The notes: generated by a model not told the origin, from the letters alone. A stretch of 64,000 nt of DNA from Octopus sinensis (GCF_006345805.1 NC_043010.1:10044001-10108000), one strand, 5' to 3'; positions 37,498 to 52,797 are shown, numbered from the stretch's first letter. Numbers and translations are program-made.

Positions 37498-38305
37498 TAT
37501 ATCTTAATATTAATCTTAGTAGTATACAGTATTATAGATCTGTTTTGACTGATCTTTGCCAGTCAGTTTCATACAGAAAGTCATGCAATTAGGTGATTGC
37601 TTAGCACCACACTCATCAGAGAGGCCAGTAAGGAAAAACTGGCAACGGGTTTCTGCTACTGGAGATCAGCAGTGTTACATCCAGTTTGAGGGTGCTGTGA
37701 AAATGATGTAATGACATCCATGAGAGACAATCAGGGGCAATCCCATACAACCCACACTCAAACCTTACTTTGTTGGCAGTTATCACACACTCACTTGTTT
37801 TGGCCATGGGACATGATTCTTGTTGGAGTCACCCTCTGACCATCTGCTACAGGTTCGTTCCACCTCTTCTACAACATCTGCAAATTAGATGTGACTCTAG
37901 CTGACCTTCATGTAGCAGAGAACCATCATAATTTTTTGTACACCTGCCACTTTGATGAACTATGTTAGGTAGCAGGCTAATATTCTAATTTTGTCTGATT
38001 GGTAAAATTAGTTGAAAAGGATCTATAATAGGTATATACAGGTAAGATGAAACCCATTCTATTAACAAATACATGAGTGCTTATTTTTCTGACTTATAGA
38101 TTCTTAGATTACTACATATCTTTATATATGCATGAAATATGTGTGTATGTGTGTGTGTATACATACATATATACATATGTACATGTATATATTTATACAT
38201 GCATGTATGTATTTATGGTATATATATATATATACTGGAGTAAACACATAAATGTGAAACAAGGCGGAAAAAAGAGTACTCAAATACCAGTGGTAGAGTA
38301 ATATG

Positions 38306-38433
38306 CTTTATTTAAAGCAGCAGAAAATTCAACAAAACCTGTTACTCTGAGTTTCCCGTTGCCATGTCCGATGAATGGCAACGGGAAACTCAGAGTAACA
38401 GGTTTTGTTGAATTTTCTGCTGCTTTAAATAAA

Positions 38434-38434
<1 letters not shown>
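38306..38434. repeat. Perfect 60-bp inverted repeat with a 9-nt loop
   Basis: 38306-38365 is the exact reverse complement of 38375-38434. Confidence 0.95.
38365..38402 (+). ncRNA. Hammerhead-like motif spanning the hairpin loop and right arm
   Basis: UGU CCGAUGA a uggcaacgg GAAACUC a GAG UA ACA; stems I and III pair and the triplet is GUA, but U4 is C and stem II is weak. Confidence 0.4.
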
Positions 38435-38468
<34 letters not shown>

Positions 38469-38690
38469 CGAGTGCATGTGGGTGTTGAAACACAGAATGT
38501 ACATAACAGAAAAAACTGATCAGAAACAGATGGATTTATATCCATACACATATTCGTATATAGCAATATGCAATTTACATATTTTATATCTATGCACGTT
38601 GAAGTTTATCCATAGCTAAATCTTTGCCCTAAAAACACTTGTGTTTTTTACCCAAAGAATTATATTTAAATCAGTGATTCTAATACTAAA

Positions 38691-38924
38691 ATGATCATGC
38701 ATACAAGAAAATTATTGCTCTCTTTTGATAGCAATTTTAAAGTAAAGAAGAATGATGCTAATTCTTTTAATGTAACCATGGGTAGCATAGATTCTGCAGA
38801 AATTGGTGAGCTTGCTGGTCTTTATATTCTACATTTACTATGCAAAAAGCTTGATACTTTCTCCTGTGGTTTATATCAAGATGATGGATGCATTACCACA
38901 TGCAATATGAACACCCAAAGATAA
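38691..38924 (+). pseudogene. Penelope-like element reverse transcriptase fragment
   Basis: HTRKLLL..FNVTMGSIDSAEIGELAGLYIL..GLYQDDG resembles the PLE RT motifs FDVTMGSYDGAEVCELVGLY and GLYRDDG (from memory); truncated by stops. Confidence 0.75.
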
Positions 38925-38994
38925 TTTTGATTTGCAAAATATTAATGTTGATACAAATTATCATAGAGTTAATTTATTGTTTCAGAAACAACTA

Positions 38995-38995
38995 T

Positions 38996-39053
<58 letters not shown>

Positions 39054-39085
39054 CTATCTATCTATCTATCTATCTATCTATCCAC

Positions 39086-39151
<66 letters not shown>

Positions 39152-39200
39152 CTTTCTCTCTCTCTCTTGCTCTTCTCTCTCTCTCTCTCTCACACTCTTC
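38995..39200. repeat. (TATC)n/(TC)n microsatellite
   Basis: Direct reading. Confidence 0.95.
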
Positions 39201-39694
39201 TCTCTCTATGTATATACTCTCTCTATGTATATACCCCATTTAGGAAGACAAATATAAGTTACATATATATCTTTCTTCAATAAAGTGGCCAGTTGTACCC
39301 CTCCATTCATCCAATCATCTTTTCTGCCCTCTATTCCTGCAAGGATTATGGGAATAGAGTCCTCAGTCATATATTCTGTGGAGTCTTATCAGGAGAAAGC
39401 GTCATTAGAGTTTTGGCTGAATTCTCAAGGCGTTCCTACCTGAGACTTTGGATATCATCGAACCATTTCATTCTTGGTTGCCTGCAGGCTTGAAGAATTA
39501 ATCTTTCAATTCTTTCTTGTAACATTCTAATCAAATATTCCTACTACTACTACTACTGTAACCTCTTAATATAAAAAAGTAGCAGTTCAACCTGGAGCAA
39601 CTCCCAGATCTCTGAGTTTCACATCCTGTCAAGTAATGTTACACCAGAGAATCTTCAAGCAACACCATTTCAAGCATTATAATGGTTTTAAGAA

Positions 39695-40075
39695 TGGATG
39701 GAAGCACTCCGTCGGTTATGACGACAAGGGTTCCGGTTGATCCGAATCAATGGAACAGCCTGCTCGTGAAATTAACGTCTAAGTGGCTGAGCACTCCACA
39801 GACACGTGTACCCTTAACGTAGTTCTCGGGGATATTCAGCGTGACACAGAGAGTGACAAGGCCGACCCTTTGAAAAATACAGGTACAACAGAAACAGGAA
39901 GTAAGAGTGAGAGAAAGTTGTGGTGAAAGAATACAGCAGGGATTACCACCATCCCCTGCCGGAGCGTCGTGGAGCTTTTAGGTGTTTTCGCTCAATAAAC
40001 ACTCACAACGCCCGGTCTGGGAATCGAAACCGCGATCCTATGACCGCGAGTCCGCTGCCCTAACCACTGGGCCAC
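39695..40075 (-). mobile_element. SINE family D, tail type 1
   Basis: Homologous to 36228-36614. Confidence 0.9.
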
Positions 40076-41357
40076 TTTTTAAAAATAATTATAACAGGTC
40101 ACTCATGAATACAAGTGGCCTGTTATAATTGCCCATAAAACCATTTTAATGGTTTTAAAGATAAATTTAATTACAAAAACAGTTATCTAAATTCTCAGAC
40201 ACAGAATAATCATAGATGTAAAATTATTTGATTAAGACTCCATTCTGTCATGATGGTAATACAAATATTGCAAAATATATTTGTAACTGATTTGATGAAT
40301 ATTGTTTGAAATATCATAAATAGGCAGAGGTATTCCATGTTTGGTGCCACTGTATGGCACCTTAGTATCTTCTACTATAGCTGTGGTCCAACAAAAGCCT
40401 TGTGAGTGGATTTGGTAAATGGAAACTGAAAGAAGCCCATCATGTATACATATACATACATGTGTGTGGATGTATATGCACACATGTATGCATATTCATT
40501 TATATAAATATACGCATATATGTCTGTTAGTGTGAGTGTGTATGTGTGTGTGTGTGTATGTGTGTGTGTGTGTGTGTGTGTTTGTGTTCATGTCTTTGTT
40601 TTGACAATTCATGACAATTGTAAATGTGTTGTTGTCATGCAAACAGCGTCATTTATTTTCAGTATTCTGTGAAAACATTTCTCGCCCAGGAAAAATATTA
40701 CCTTACTTGAAAACTGGTGAGGGTTGGCAGCAGGAAGGGCATCTGGTCACAGAAAATTTGTTTTGATAAACTCCATCTGACTCATGCTAGGATGGGAAAG
40801 GGAACATTACAACAGTGACAATGTGGATGATGAAGATGACGATGATGATGATGGTGGTGGTGGTGGTGGTGATATTTTTGATGCATAAACATGAATTTCC
40901 ATTATACACATGATTTTTGCTACATAAATGGCAAATATTAACAGCAAAAGCTTTACATTCAATTCTTCTGATTTGTACAATTATTTTAATCTACTAGATT
41001 GTCATTTAAATAAATTATGTATTTAGAAACTGATGTCTTATGGCGTAGAAGTAATTATAGTTAATGTTTTGTATCTAAGTAATACATTGGGTACAATGAA
41101 AATCCTTTTAAGTAAAGATTCAGCCAACAACGGCATACTTTCAGAAATCCTCAAAAGTATTTCGATATGAGTTTATCAAATGTACCTGCTGTTTAGGCAT
41201 AAAAATATCAGGAATTCTAAAATTATTTGGAATAATTTGGAATAAGCTGAACATTATTATCCGTTCTATATTTAAGGGATGAGGAATTATGTACGTTATT
41301 TACATTATTTACATTATTTACATTTGACGGATATTTGTCCTCATCTTGTTTGTTGTT

Positions 41358-41403
41358 AGCACAATGTTTCAGCTGATATACCCTCCAGCCTTCATCAGGT
41401 GTC
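41358..41403 (-). ncRNA. Minimal type I hammerhead motif
   Basis: Minus strand GACAC CUGAUGA a GGCUG gaggguauau CAGCU GAAAC AUU GUGCU. Confidence 0.65.
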
Positions 41404-41470
41404 TTGGGGAAATTTCGAACCTGGGTTCTCATTCCTAAGGTATTTTTCGATGTTATTATTATTATTGTTA

Positions 41471-41522
<52 letters not shown>

Positions 41523-41524
41523 CC

Positions 41525-41560
<36 letters not shown>

Positions 41561-41634
41561 TCACTTCTTGGAATCAAACTCGGAATCTTGAGGTTAGTAG
41601 CCCATGCTTTTAACCACTATGCCATATGCCCGTA

Positions 41635-41818
<184 letters not shown>

Positions 41819-41876
41819 AAGAAGAACATCGAAAAATACCTTAGGAATGAGAACCCAGGTTCGAAATTTCCCCCAA

Positions 41877-41922
41877 GACACCTGATGAAGGCTGGAGGGT
41901 ATATCAGCTGAAACATTATGTT
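41877..41922 (+). ncRNA. Minimal type I hammerhead motif
   Basis: GACAC CUGAUGA a GGCUG gaggguauau CAGCU GAAAC AUU AUGUU. Confidence 0.65.
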
Positions 41923-42599
41923 AACAACAAACAAGATGAGGACAAATATCCGTCAAATGTAAATAATGTAAATAATGTATTATTATCCATGTTTAGGTGG
42001 CTGTGATCTTTGAACTTTTGAGAAGTTGAAAATATTGTTCCATTGGAATTACATCATAAATCCCATTCAAAGCTAATACCTTTTTTTGTCATCATAAATC
42101 AGAATTTCTTGAAATATTTTAAAATGCCCAACAGTTGAAAAGCAGATAGCCTCACACATATTCTTTAATGCACTGCAGACAAATTGAAAGGTCATCCATT
42201 GTTAACATGCATCATACTTTCAGCAATTTTTATTTCAAATATGTATGTAAGTTCAGTCGGTTCATTTCCTTCATTGCTTGGAAATCAGTACCACGTGAAC
42301 CCAAATCAAAATTTGAGGAATTTCACCTTCTAAAATAAAGTGTATTATATATTGTGTGTATGTATGTGCATGTATGTGATTGTACTGGTGTGTGCACACA
42401 CAGACATACATAAATTAAACAGTGTTTGGGTTAAGTTTGATGAATTTTTATGTCACTTTTTTTCAGGAATTGCTTGTTGTATTGGTGAACAATGGCATTG
42501 GAGAACATAATGTTTAAAGTTGTAACTGAGAAGAAGTTGGTTGTTATGGAGGATAGGAAGTCATCTGAATATTGAAAAAGAGTTACCTGTATCTGGATG

Positions 42600-43271
42600 A
42601 TTCATGCCAGATATCAAAATGCCGACATCATGACTGCTGCTCAATGATCTGTGAACACTGTAAAGGCTGTTAGACATGACAATGACAGCTCAGCAGCAAC
42701 AAAGACTGCGATGCCATAGCCAGCAGGAATGAGATAGTCTTTGGGTGTGTCTCCAATGAGGAAGATGTCATGACACCCTTTATCATTGGATAAGGCCTTG
42801 TGAAGCTATGTGAAGCTGTTGGAAACTGATGAAACCCGAGAAGCAGAGAGTTGCTGCTGAAGGGCCACATGTGTGGCAGAAGGGTTTGGTTCTTACCATA
42901 CCTTTGAAAAAGGGTCAGTAGTGGTTGTTGGAGAATTTCTGACTTCACCAGCCCCAATTTCTGACCTCCTAATTCTCTCTGTTGTAATGCCATAGATTTA
43001 TTAATGTGTGAGGTGTGGTTGAGAAAGACACAAACCACTCTTCCTGCAACACCAAAGCCAAGCTAGTGACTAAAATCAAGGACATATTCGAAGATCTCCC
43101 TAGGGACACGTTGAGAAACGCATGCACCAGGTTCTGGAGCCATCTTGAGGCTGTGGCGGAAAACTGAGCGTGACTACTTTGAGTAAACTCCTAACCATAA
43201 TGTAGCTGATATGCTTTGATTTTTTAAAAATTTCATTTATTTTCAGAGGGAATATTAGCACACATACCCTG
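42600..43271 (+). mobile_element. Decayed Tc1/mariner-superfamily transposon
   Basis: IVFGCVSNEEDVMTPF.., FTSPNF*PPNS.., NHSSCNTKAKLVTKIKDIFEDLPRDTLRNACTRFWSHLEAV; right terminus ..cataccctg; left end not identified. Confidence 0.75.
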
Positions 43272-43424
43272 TGTGTATATGTGTGTGTGTGTATGATGTC
43301 ATAATTTTTCTGTCTAAAGAGAATTCTATCCCAATATTTACATTATTTATAGTTTTTCTACTGAGTGTTTAACCATTAAAAAAAAATTATATTTGTACAT
43401 ACATATATCTTATAGCATTTATTC

Positions 43425-43625
43425 ATTTCAGTCATTAGCATATGGCCATGCTGGGGCACCACCTTGAAGGGTTTTAGCTGAACAAATTGCTCCTAGTTCT
43501 TAGTTTATCTATTTCTAAGTCACATACATATTCTATCAGTCTCTTTTGTTGAAATTCTAAGTTATGGGGATGTAAACAAACAAGCATCGGTTGGCAAGCA
43601 GTGGATGTGTGTGACAAACACAGAC
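43425..43625 (-). mobile_element. SINE family C 3' half, degenerate
   Basis: atttcagtcatt..ggccatgctggggcaccacc motif. Confidence 0.65.
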
Positions 43626-43674
43626 ACAGTGACACACATACAACATACAAACACACAGACACACATAAATATAC

Positions 43675-43727
<53 letters not shown>

Positions 43728-44174
43728 ACTCACATATGCACATATATCTATATATAAGTGTATGTGTGTGTGTGTGTATGTGTGTGAGCTCATATAAAGT
43801 GTAAATAAATCACTGTTACACAGAAGGTAAACAGTAAACGCAGCAACTGTAGTCACATGTTCCACTTGCATTGATTGAATTCAGTACAATGCATTAATTG
43901 AATATAATAAACAATTTGAGAACATTCGATACAGAAATATCATCGCCAATGTGTATTGAAGTATGCATTTGTCAATTCTGAATAAATAAATAAATACACA
44001 CACAAATACATATATATATGTATATATGTATATATATCTATGTTTGTTGTGTCTTTTTTTTTGTGGTTTTTGTTACTTTATTTGTACTTGTTTATGTTTG
44101 AAAATTGATTTGCATCTGTTTTTTTTATATATTAAGGCTTCTTGTTTATAATCGGTTAAAAAAATATGGTGGTA

Positions 44175-44195
44175 CTGATGCTGCTGCTGTTGATG

Positions 44196-44249
<54 letters not shown>

Positions 44250-44351
44250 GTGATGGAGATGAGAACTATGACAGGATTATAACGGCGACAGCAACGATGA
44301 CGACGTCGACAATGCTGGCAACAACAATGACGATGATGACGGCAACAATGG

Positions 44352-44390
<39 letters not shown>

Positions 44391-44420
44391 CAGTGATGAG
44401 GATGATGATGATGATGATGT

Positions 44421-44468
<48 letters not shown>

Positions 44469-44582
44469 CAACGATGATGATGCTGATGTTGACATCGCCG
44501 ATGATGACGACGATGACGACAACGACAACGACGATGATGATAACGATGATGATGTTATTCGTGATGGTCATGATGATGATAA
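44175..44582. repeat. (GAT)n/(GAC)n trinucleotide tract
   Basis: Direct reading; source of the poly-M/poly-D ORF. Confidence 0.95.
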
Positions 44583-45782
44583 AAATTGTCATATCCCATT
44601 CTTTACATTTTAACATAATTATTGGTCAGAAAATCATGTATATATATATATATATATTGGCATTCACAAATACACACATGCACACTTGCACACTGTCTCT
44701 CTTTCACATTGATGTGTGTGTGTGTGTGTGTTTGTGTGTGTGTGTGCATGGATGTGTAAACATTCACAAACACACCATCATGCACACGAGAAGTAGCAGC
44801 AAAGCAAATATGATGAATGAGGCAAATAACAGCTGTGATTACAAGCATACAGAAGCATACACACAGACACAGATACACACACACACACACACGCACACAC
44901 ACACACACACAACATGGAAGAGCAAGAGAGAAAGAGCAACAGAAAAAGAGAGAGAGAAAGAATATATGAATGAATGCCTTCACTTCAAGACATAGGCAAT
45001 TCAGTGACCCTAGGAAAGTGCTGTCTTCATTTTAATATAAATTCTTGGAAAACAAATTGCATTATTTTTATGGATTGGATTCTTCTCCAAAGAATTCAGG
45101 TGGATGTCAATAGAAACAAACATGGGAAACATTTGATTGCATTACTTATTTTAGCTCTGGTAATGGTTAATATGATATTTTGCAGAAAAAAAAAAAATCC
45201 CAGAAACGTAGAAAGAGTAAATATTATTGGTGTGTGACTGTGGAAATGTGCTTGTATAGTTGTGACTATATACTTATGCGTGTGAGCATTTTAAAACATA
45301 ATATTGAAACAAACTCATCTACTTACAATGTAATCAGTGAAGAGAATTCATCAAATAATGCTATTATTTCAACTGCATGTGATAGAAATTAAAGCTACGT
45401 GTGAGATTGATTGCATATTTTTTTTCTTTAATTTGCTCTACTGCTTTAATTATTTTCTGTCTGTATATGTTTAAATATAAAAGACAAAAACAAAACTATC
45501 AATGAATAAAAAAAAAAGCGATCAAAAACTAGAAAATAAAAAAAAAAACCCTTAGATTTGACATCATGTCACCTCTTTTCATTCTCACATGATAAACAGA
45601 AGCCAGACTCCATGAAATAAATGTGTGACCAAGGAATGTGTACTGTATGTAGGAAGTTACATTGCTTAGTGCTTGTCTGTGTCATGCATTCTTCCATCCA
45701 AGACAACAGTTTACTAGTGATGACTGACGAAATACAGTCAACTAAATCTCAAAAGGACTAACTAAAAGATATGCATATGTAC

Positions 45783-45817
<35 letters not shown>

Positions 45818-45866
45818 CACTAATATATATATATGTATATATATATATATACACATATATATATAA

Positions 45867-45904
<38 letters not shown>

Positions 45905-46030
45905 CATTTATATATATGTATATGTGTACGAATATGCATATATATATACATATACACATATATACATGCATAAATGTATATGTATGTTTATATATATATG
46001 TATATATATGTGTGTGTGTGTAAGTGTGTC

Positions 46031-46081
<51 letters not shown>

Positions 46082-46501
46082 CACAAACATAGAGAAAGAG
46101 AGTGTGAGGGAGATAGCTTGATATATAGATACACAGACAGACAGAGAGACAGAGAGACAGATAGATAAATAGATAGATAGAGATGACAATTAATATTAAG
46201 TGGAAGGCAAAAGGATAAAAGAAAAATATAAACTAAACTAATACATGATATTCCATGGGGGAAAAAATTAGGGAATATATTAGAAAAAGGAAGGTTTTTG
46301 AATCCATATATTTTCTTGCATAAACAGAAATATTATTTGGTGTGTATGTGTGGAATGTTTTTATGAAATTTCAAAGATAAGGACCGAGGAACATTATTGA
46401 GGAGATCTGAAGAGATCTGAGAAAAACAAGTGGCAAAACAATAACAAAAGGTGAATCCATTTTCACAAACCAGAAAATTTCCTTTCCAAATTTATATGTG
46501 C

Positions 46502-46560
<59 letters not shown>

Positions 46561-46646
46561 AGTGCGTATATGTGTGTGTATTTATCATATGCATATGTGC
46601 GTATATCTATTTCTCTCTATCTCTCTATCTATCTGTCTATTTATCC

Positions 46647-46684
<38 letters not shown>

Positions 46685-47063
46685 ATGTATATATACAGAG
46701 AAAGAGAGAGAGAGAGATAAAAGATAGAAAGATAGATAGGTAGATGTAGATATACAAACACATATATGTGTGTATATAATGCGTATATGTATACACACAA
46801 ACACACAAACACACACACACACAAAACGGATCTCTCTATATTTATATATACATGTATGTATATATATATATATATATATATACACAGACGTATATTTGTT
46901 TATATTGTATGAAATACTAGATGTATGTCTAACACTGAATATATGCTGCAATTTAAAAATTGTTGACACTGAGATTACTCCACATATGTAATTAATTTAT
47001 ACACACACACACATACACACACATATGAGTAAATAAATAAAGAAAGAAATAAATATATAAATA

Positions 47064-47095
<32 letters not shown>

Positions 47096-47549
47096 CATAC
47101 ACACATATATATATATATAGATATACACATATATATATATATACATATATATATACATATATAAATATATATGAGCATATATATATATATATATATGTAC
47201 ATATATATGGATATATGAATATATATATATAGAGATAGATATAGATACATACATAAAGCATACGCACACACACACACATACATGTACTTGTATGTTTTGC
47301 ATGTGCGCATGTATGCAAACATGTGTGTGTGTGCACATGTATGCAATGCCAGGCACATGTGATACATGAATTTGTTTTATGGAATGTATGTTTCATGGAA
47401 TGTGATCATACACATTCCATAAATGAGTGCATCGTTGAGACGAACGAACGAGCATTCTTTTTTTTTTTGATATTTTGTTTGCTGTCTTTCCGATTATTTT
47501 TTTTTTTCTTCTTAATCAAATTCTATAATAAACGCATAAAATACATATA

Positions 47550-47592
<43 letters not shown>

Positions 47593-48220
47593 GATGGAGG
47601 GATCGGGAAAGACAACTATAGTAACTAGAATTTTCCCAGGAATTATAAATAATAAACAATGCTTTTTATTGTTAGGGAGAGATCTTCAAAAAACAACAAA
47701 AATACTATAAATATAGAAAGAAATTAGAAAATCCATGACACATAAAGAAATAAACAATAAAATGAAAACAATGGGAAAAAAAATAATAATTGAAAAAAAA
47801 AAAATTAAAATAGGAGCCCCTTCCATACGTGCACACACACGCACACACAGAGGCACATACACACATACACACACACACACGCACACGCGCACTCCCCTTA
47901 GCTTCGCACAAATTGTAAAGGCAGGCCTATAATGTAAAAGCACTAAGTGGAGGTAGCTATGATGAGTGGCATCTCTTGTCAAGTACATTGTAATGATGGT
48001 GGTGGTGGTGGTGGTGGTGGCGGTGGCGGCGGCGGCGGCGGTGGCGGTGGCGGTGGTGGTGTTGGTGGTGGTGGTGGTGGTGATGATGATGATAGTGGTG
48101 ATGATGATGATGATGATGCTCTATATCAAGGCTGCAGAAGCTACCTTAAATTAACATATATATATTTTATAAGAGATACATACATACATAAGTATATATA
48201 TTATATATATATATATATTA

Positions 48221-48284
<64 letters not shown>

Positions 48285-48652
48285 CATACATACATATGTG
48301 TATATATATATATATATGTGTATATATATATATATTTATACACATATATACTATATATATATACATATATGCATATATACATACATATATATATATAATA
48401 TATGTATGTATCCAGCATTTCCCAAATCCTCTTTTTTTCCTCTTTTGTCATCTCTCTATGTATGCGTGTATGCATGCTTGTACATGCGTGTATGTGTGTG
48501 TGTGTGTGTGCGTATCGTTTGATATTTCTCTCTCATTTTCCTCTGGTTGCATTGCATTTCTCTCTCCATCCATCCATCCATCTATCTTTCTACATCATGC
48601 ACACACATGCATGCACACAAGCAAGCACACGTACACACACACATAAATATGT

Positions 48653-48701
<49 letters not shown>

Positions 48702-49072
48702 TATATATACACTCATGTATATATAAGAGAGAGAGAGAGAGGAGAGATAGAAAGACATATATCTGTCTTTCTCTTTTGATACCTCTTCAGATATCTCACT
48801 GGTTTTGTCTGTCACTCTCATCCAGCCCTATTTTTTCCCTCTTCATGTATTCCTTCATACATTTTGTATTATCTCCTTCTTACTTTCTCTTACTGTCTGT
48901 CTCTTCTCTTGTTCTCAGTACACATGCACAGATGTATGTGTGTACGAGATCGTGTGTGTGTGTGTGTGAGATTGTGTGTGTGTGTGTGTGTGTGTGTGTA
49001 TACATATATACATGCACACATGCATATATGTACATATACATATACATACTTATGTACATATATATATACTAA

Positions 49073-49110
<38 letters not shown>

Positions 49111-49489
49111 TTTTTCGCTCACCTTCACTCTTCCTTGATATGCTCATATAGACATACACAAACCTGTGGACATACATATACAAGCACGCACACACAGAGA
49201 AACATACACGCACTTGCAAACATACAGAAACTTACATACATATATGTACGCAATTGCTCTTAATACAAGCTTTCATACCACCACCACCAGTGTATCTGTA
49301 CAATATCAAAAATATATACGCATGGTACATATGTACTTAAATATAAGGATAAGCACATACATGCATTCATGAATGGGGGCATATACACACAAATGCATGT
49401 ATTCACTCATAAGTGTGCATATCTCAAACATATCTATTGAATATTATGCAATATATGTATGTATGTGTGTGTGTGTGTGTGTATGCCTG

Positions 49490-50310
49490 CATATATATAT
49501 ATATATGTATATATATATACACACACATACACATGTATATACATTCATAAACATTCGTATACATATGCACACAAACAGACACACACACTCACACGCATAT
49601 ATGTGTGTGTATATATATACGTATATATATATATATATATATATCATATATATATACACACACATACACATGTATATACATTCATAAACATTCATATACA
49701 TATGCACACAAACAGACACACACACTCACACGCATATATGTGTGTTTATATATATATGTATATATATATATATATATATCATATATATATACACACACTA
49801 CACATGTATAATAATTCATAAACATTCATATACATATGCACACAAACAGACACACACACTCACACGCATATATGTGTGTGTATATATATACGTATATATA
49901 TATATATATTATATATATCATATATCTATATAACACACATAAAATGTATATACATTCATAAACATTCATATACATATGACACACAAACAGACACACACAC
50001 TCACACGCATATATGTGTGTTATTATATATATGTATAATATATATATATAATATATATATCCACACACATACAATGTATATACATTCATAAATTCATATA
50101 CATATGCACACAAACAGACCACCACACTCACACGCATATGTGTGTGTTATATATATACGTATATATATATATATATCATATATATTACACACACATACAC
50201 ATGTATATACATTCATAAACATTCATATACATATGCACACAAACAGACACACCACACTCACAAGCATATATGTGTGTGTATATATATACGTATATATATA
50301 TATATATGTG
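49490..50310. repeat. Complex minisatellite, about 130-139-bp unit x6
   Basis: Anchor cattcataaacattc..gcacacaaacagacac recurs near 49542, 49679, 49814, 49953, 50083 and 50210. Confidence 0.85.
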
Positions 50311-50365
50311 TAGATAGATAGATAGAGAGAATCTAAATATATGTAGGTTTATCTATGTATATGTA

Positions 50366-50408
<43 letters not shown>

Positions 50409-50569
50409 GATAGATAGATAGATAGATAGATATATAGATAGATAGATAGATAGATATATAGATAGATAGATAGATAGATATATAGACAGATAGATAGATA
50501 AATAGATAGATACATAAACATACATATATTTAGATATCTATTTATCTCTCTCTCTATATATATACATAT

Positions 50570-50743
50570 AGATAGATTCACACATACACCCCCCCTCTCA
50601 CATGCATTTATATGTGTATGTATGTATATATATATGTAGATAGATAGATAGATAGATAAATTGATAGATATCTACATATATGTATGTGTTATCTATCTAT
50701 CTATTTATCTCTCCTTGTATATATATACATACAGATAGATAGA

Positions 50744-50778
<35 letters not shown>

Positions 50779-51530
50779 ACATATGTGTCTATGTATGTAT
50801 ATACACATGTATATATATGTAGATAGATAGATAAATAGATAGATATATATCAAAATATATGTATGTTTATCTACCTATCTATTTATCTCTCTCTCTATAT
50901 ATATATACTTATAGATAGATAGATTCACACATACACACATACACACACACATACAAGCATACACTCACACACATATGTGTCTATGTATGTATATACACAT
51001 GTATATATATGTAGATAGATAGATAAATAGATAGATATATATCAAAATATATGTATGTTTATCTACCTATCTATTTATTCTCTCTCTCTATATATATAAA
51101 TATAGATAGATAGATTCACAATACACACATACACACCACATACAACATACACTCACACACATATGTGTCTATGTATGTATATACACATGTATATATATGT
51201 AGATAGATAGATATATATCTAAATATATGTATGTTTATCTACCTATCTATTTATCTCTCTCTATATATATATACATATAGATAGATAGATTCACACATAC
51301 ACACATACACACACACATACAAACATACACTCACAGACATATGTGTCTATGTATGTATATACACATGTATATATATGTAGATAGATAGATATATATCTAA
51401 ATATATGCATGTTTATCTACCTATCTATTTATCTCTCTCTCTATATATATATACATATAGATAGATAGATTCACACATACACACATACACACACACATGC
51501 AAACATATATATTCACATATACTTGCACAC
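50570..51530. repeat. Complex minisatellite, about 170-190-bp unit x6
   Basis: Anchor gattcaca recurs near 50575, 50742, 50922, 51113, 51289 and 51469, with atgtttatctacctatctatttatc in most units. Confidence 0.85.
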
Positions 51531-52004
51531 ATACACAAAACTATTCTATTCCTTATAAATATCTCAGCCATAACCATCAAAGAAATATGTGTTCAATATC
51601 ACACGGAAACACATCTGAAATATGATATATGTACCTCAGTCTAAAGATAGACTTGTACATTTATTATAGACATGCCAGATTGTATACACTACATCTCAGT
51701 CCATGGCAATATCAGAGACAAAAATTGTTTAGATATATAAATGATTTAATTGATTCTTTCTTTGAAGAATGGTGATGAGGTTTCTGACACTATTTGATAC
51801 AAAAGGTTTTTTTTTTTCACACTGTGAACATCATCAGTAAAGCCAAACCAACTGGATTGAGACTATAATGTTGACTGACTTGGTAGCTATTGTTACAATA
51901 AAAAATGTCCTTTCCTTTTCTTTACAAGTTAACATCTCTATGTAGTTGACCGTAACTATGGTAACATTTTAGCTGGCTTTTACAGTGGCACTATTTATTC
52001 TTAC

Positions 52005-52019
52005 CTCTTCAACACCCAT
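52005..52019 (-). CDS. Candidate short coding exon end, MGVEE (phase 0), product unknown
   Basis: ATG GGT GTT GAA GAG followed by the strong donor GAG|gtaaga; no downstream exon identified. Confidence 0.2.
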
Positions 52020-52797
52020 CTTTGTGTGTGTGTGTCTGTGTGTGTATGTTTGTGTGTGTGTATGTGTGTGTATGTGTGTGTGTATGTTTGTGTACTTGAG
52101 TGTGTGTGTGTGTGTGTATCTGCGTGTGTGTGCGCACGCGCGCGTGCATTTATCTGTGTGTGTATTCCTTCCTGCACACCCACCTCCACCCTTCTTTGCA
52201 TTTTCTTCTCATCTCTATGGTGGCAGGAACCTTTATACGTGATTCCGATTCCGATGCTGTTGAGGCCCACTAGAGAAACATTACCTTGCTTCATCAACAA
52301 GCACCATACAGAACTGCACTTACACCAACAGAGAATCAGATGAAACTGTAGTAAACCTTTCAACACAATTCCTCTCTCTCCTCCTTCATCTAGTAGTAAC
52401 TCTCTCTCGCTGTATATATATTTCTTTTCTACATTCAAACACAACAGGCAAAAAAGCAAAATAGATAAATCCAAACATCATTTCAATATAATTACCATTA
52501 ATACAAAATATATTCAGTATTAGGTTTGAAAATAATCAAGTGATAATTAGCAGGTGAAAAATCTCTGTATGTATGTATATATAGATGTATATATACATAT
52601 ACATATATACATATATTTGTATAAAATGGTTTATGCTATTTTCCCTCTCTTCTTCCTCTCTACTCTTGGCATCCTTTCTCCTCTCCACTCACGTTACTCA
52701 ATGGCTGTTTGTGAATGGTTTCTTTCTGCAGCATCGATACATTTTCTATACCTACAATTTGAATAAAATGGATAGGCGAGAAAATAAAAGGGCTTAC

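Larger units (their letters stand above)
35580..38000 (-). mobile_element. Possible ancient RTE-like LINE relic carrying younger insertions
   Basis: Only faint RT/endonuclease-like peptide traces; many stops. Weak call. Confidence 0.25.

Noticed and set aside
44105-44995. 296-aa ORF with poly-D and poly-M
   Set aside because: (GAT)n tract read-through with no domain-like sequence or splice support.
52228-52275. Plus-strand terminal exon GTFIRDSDSDAVEAH-stop
   Set aside because: The acceptor is plausible, but there is no matching upstream exon or recognisable homology.
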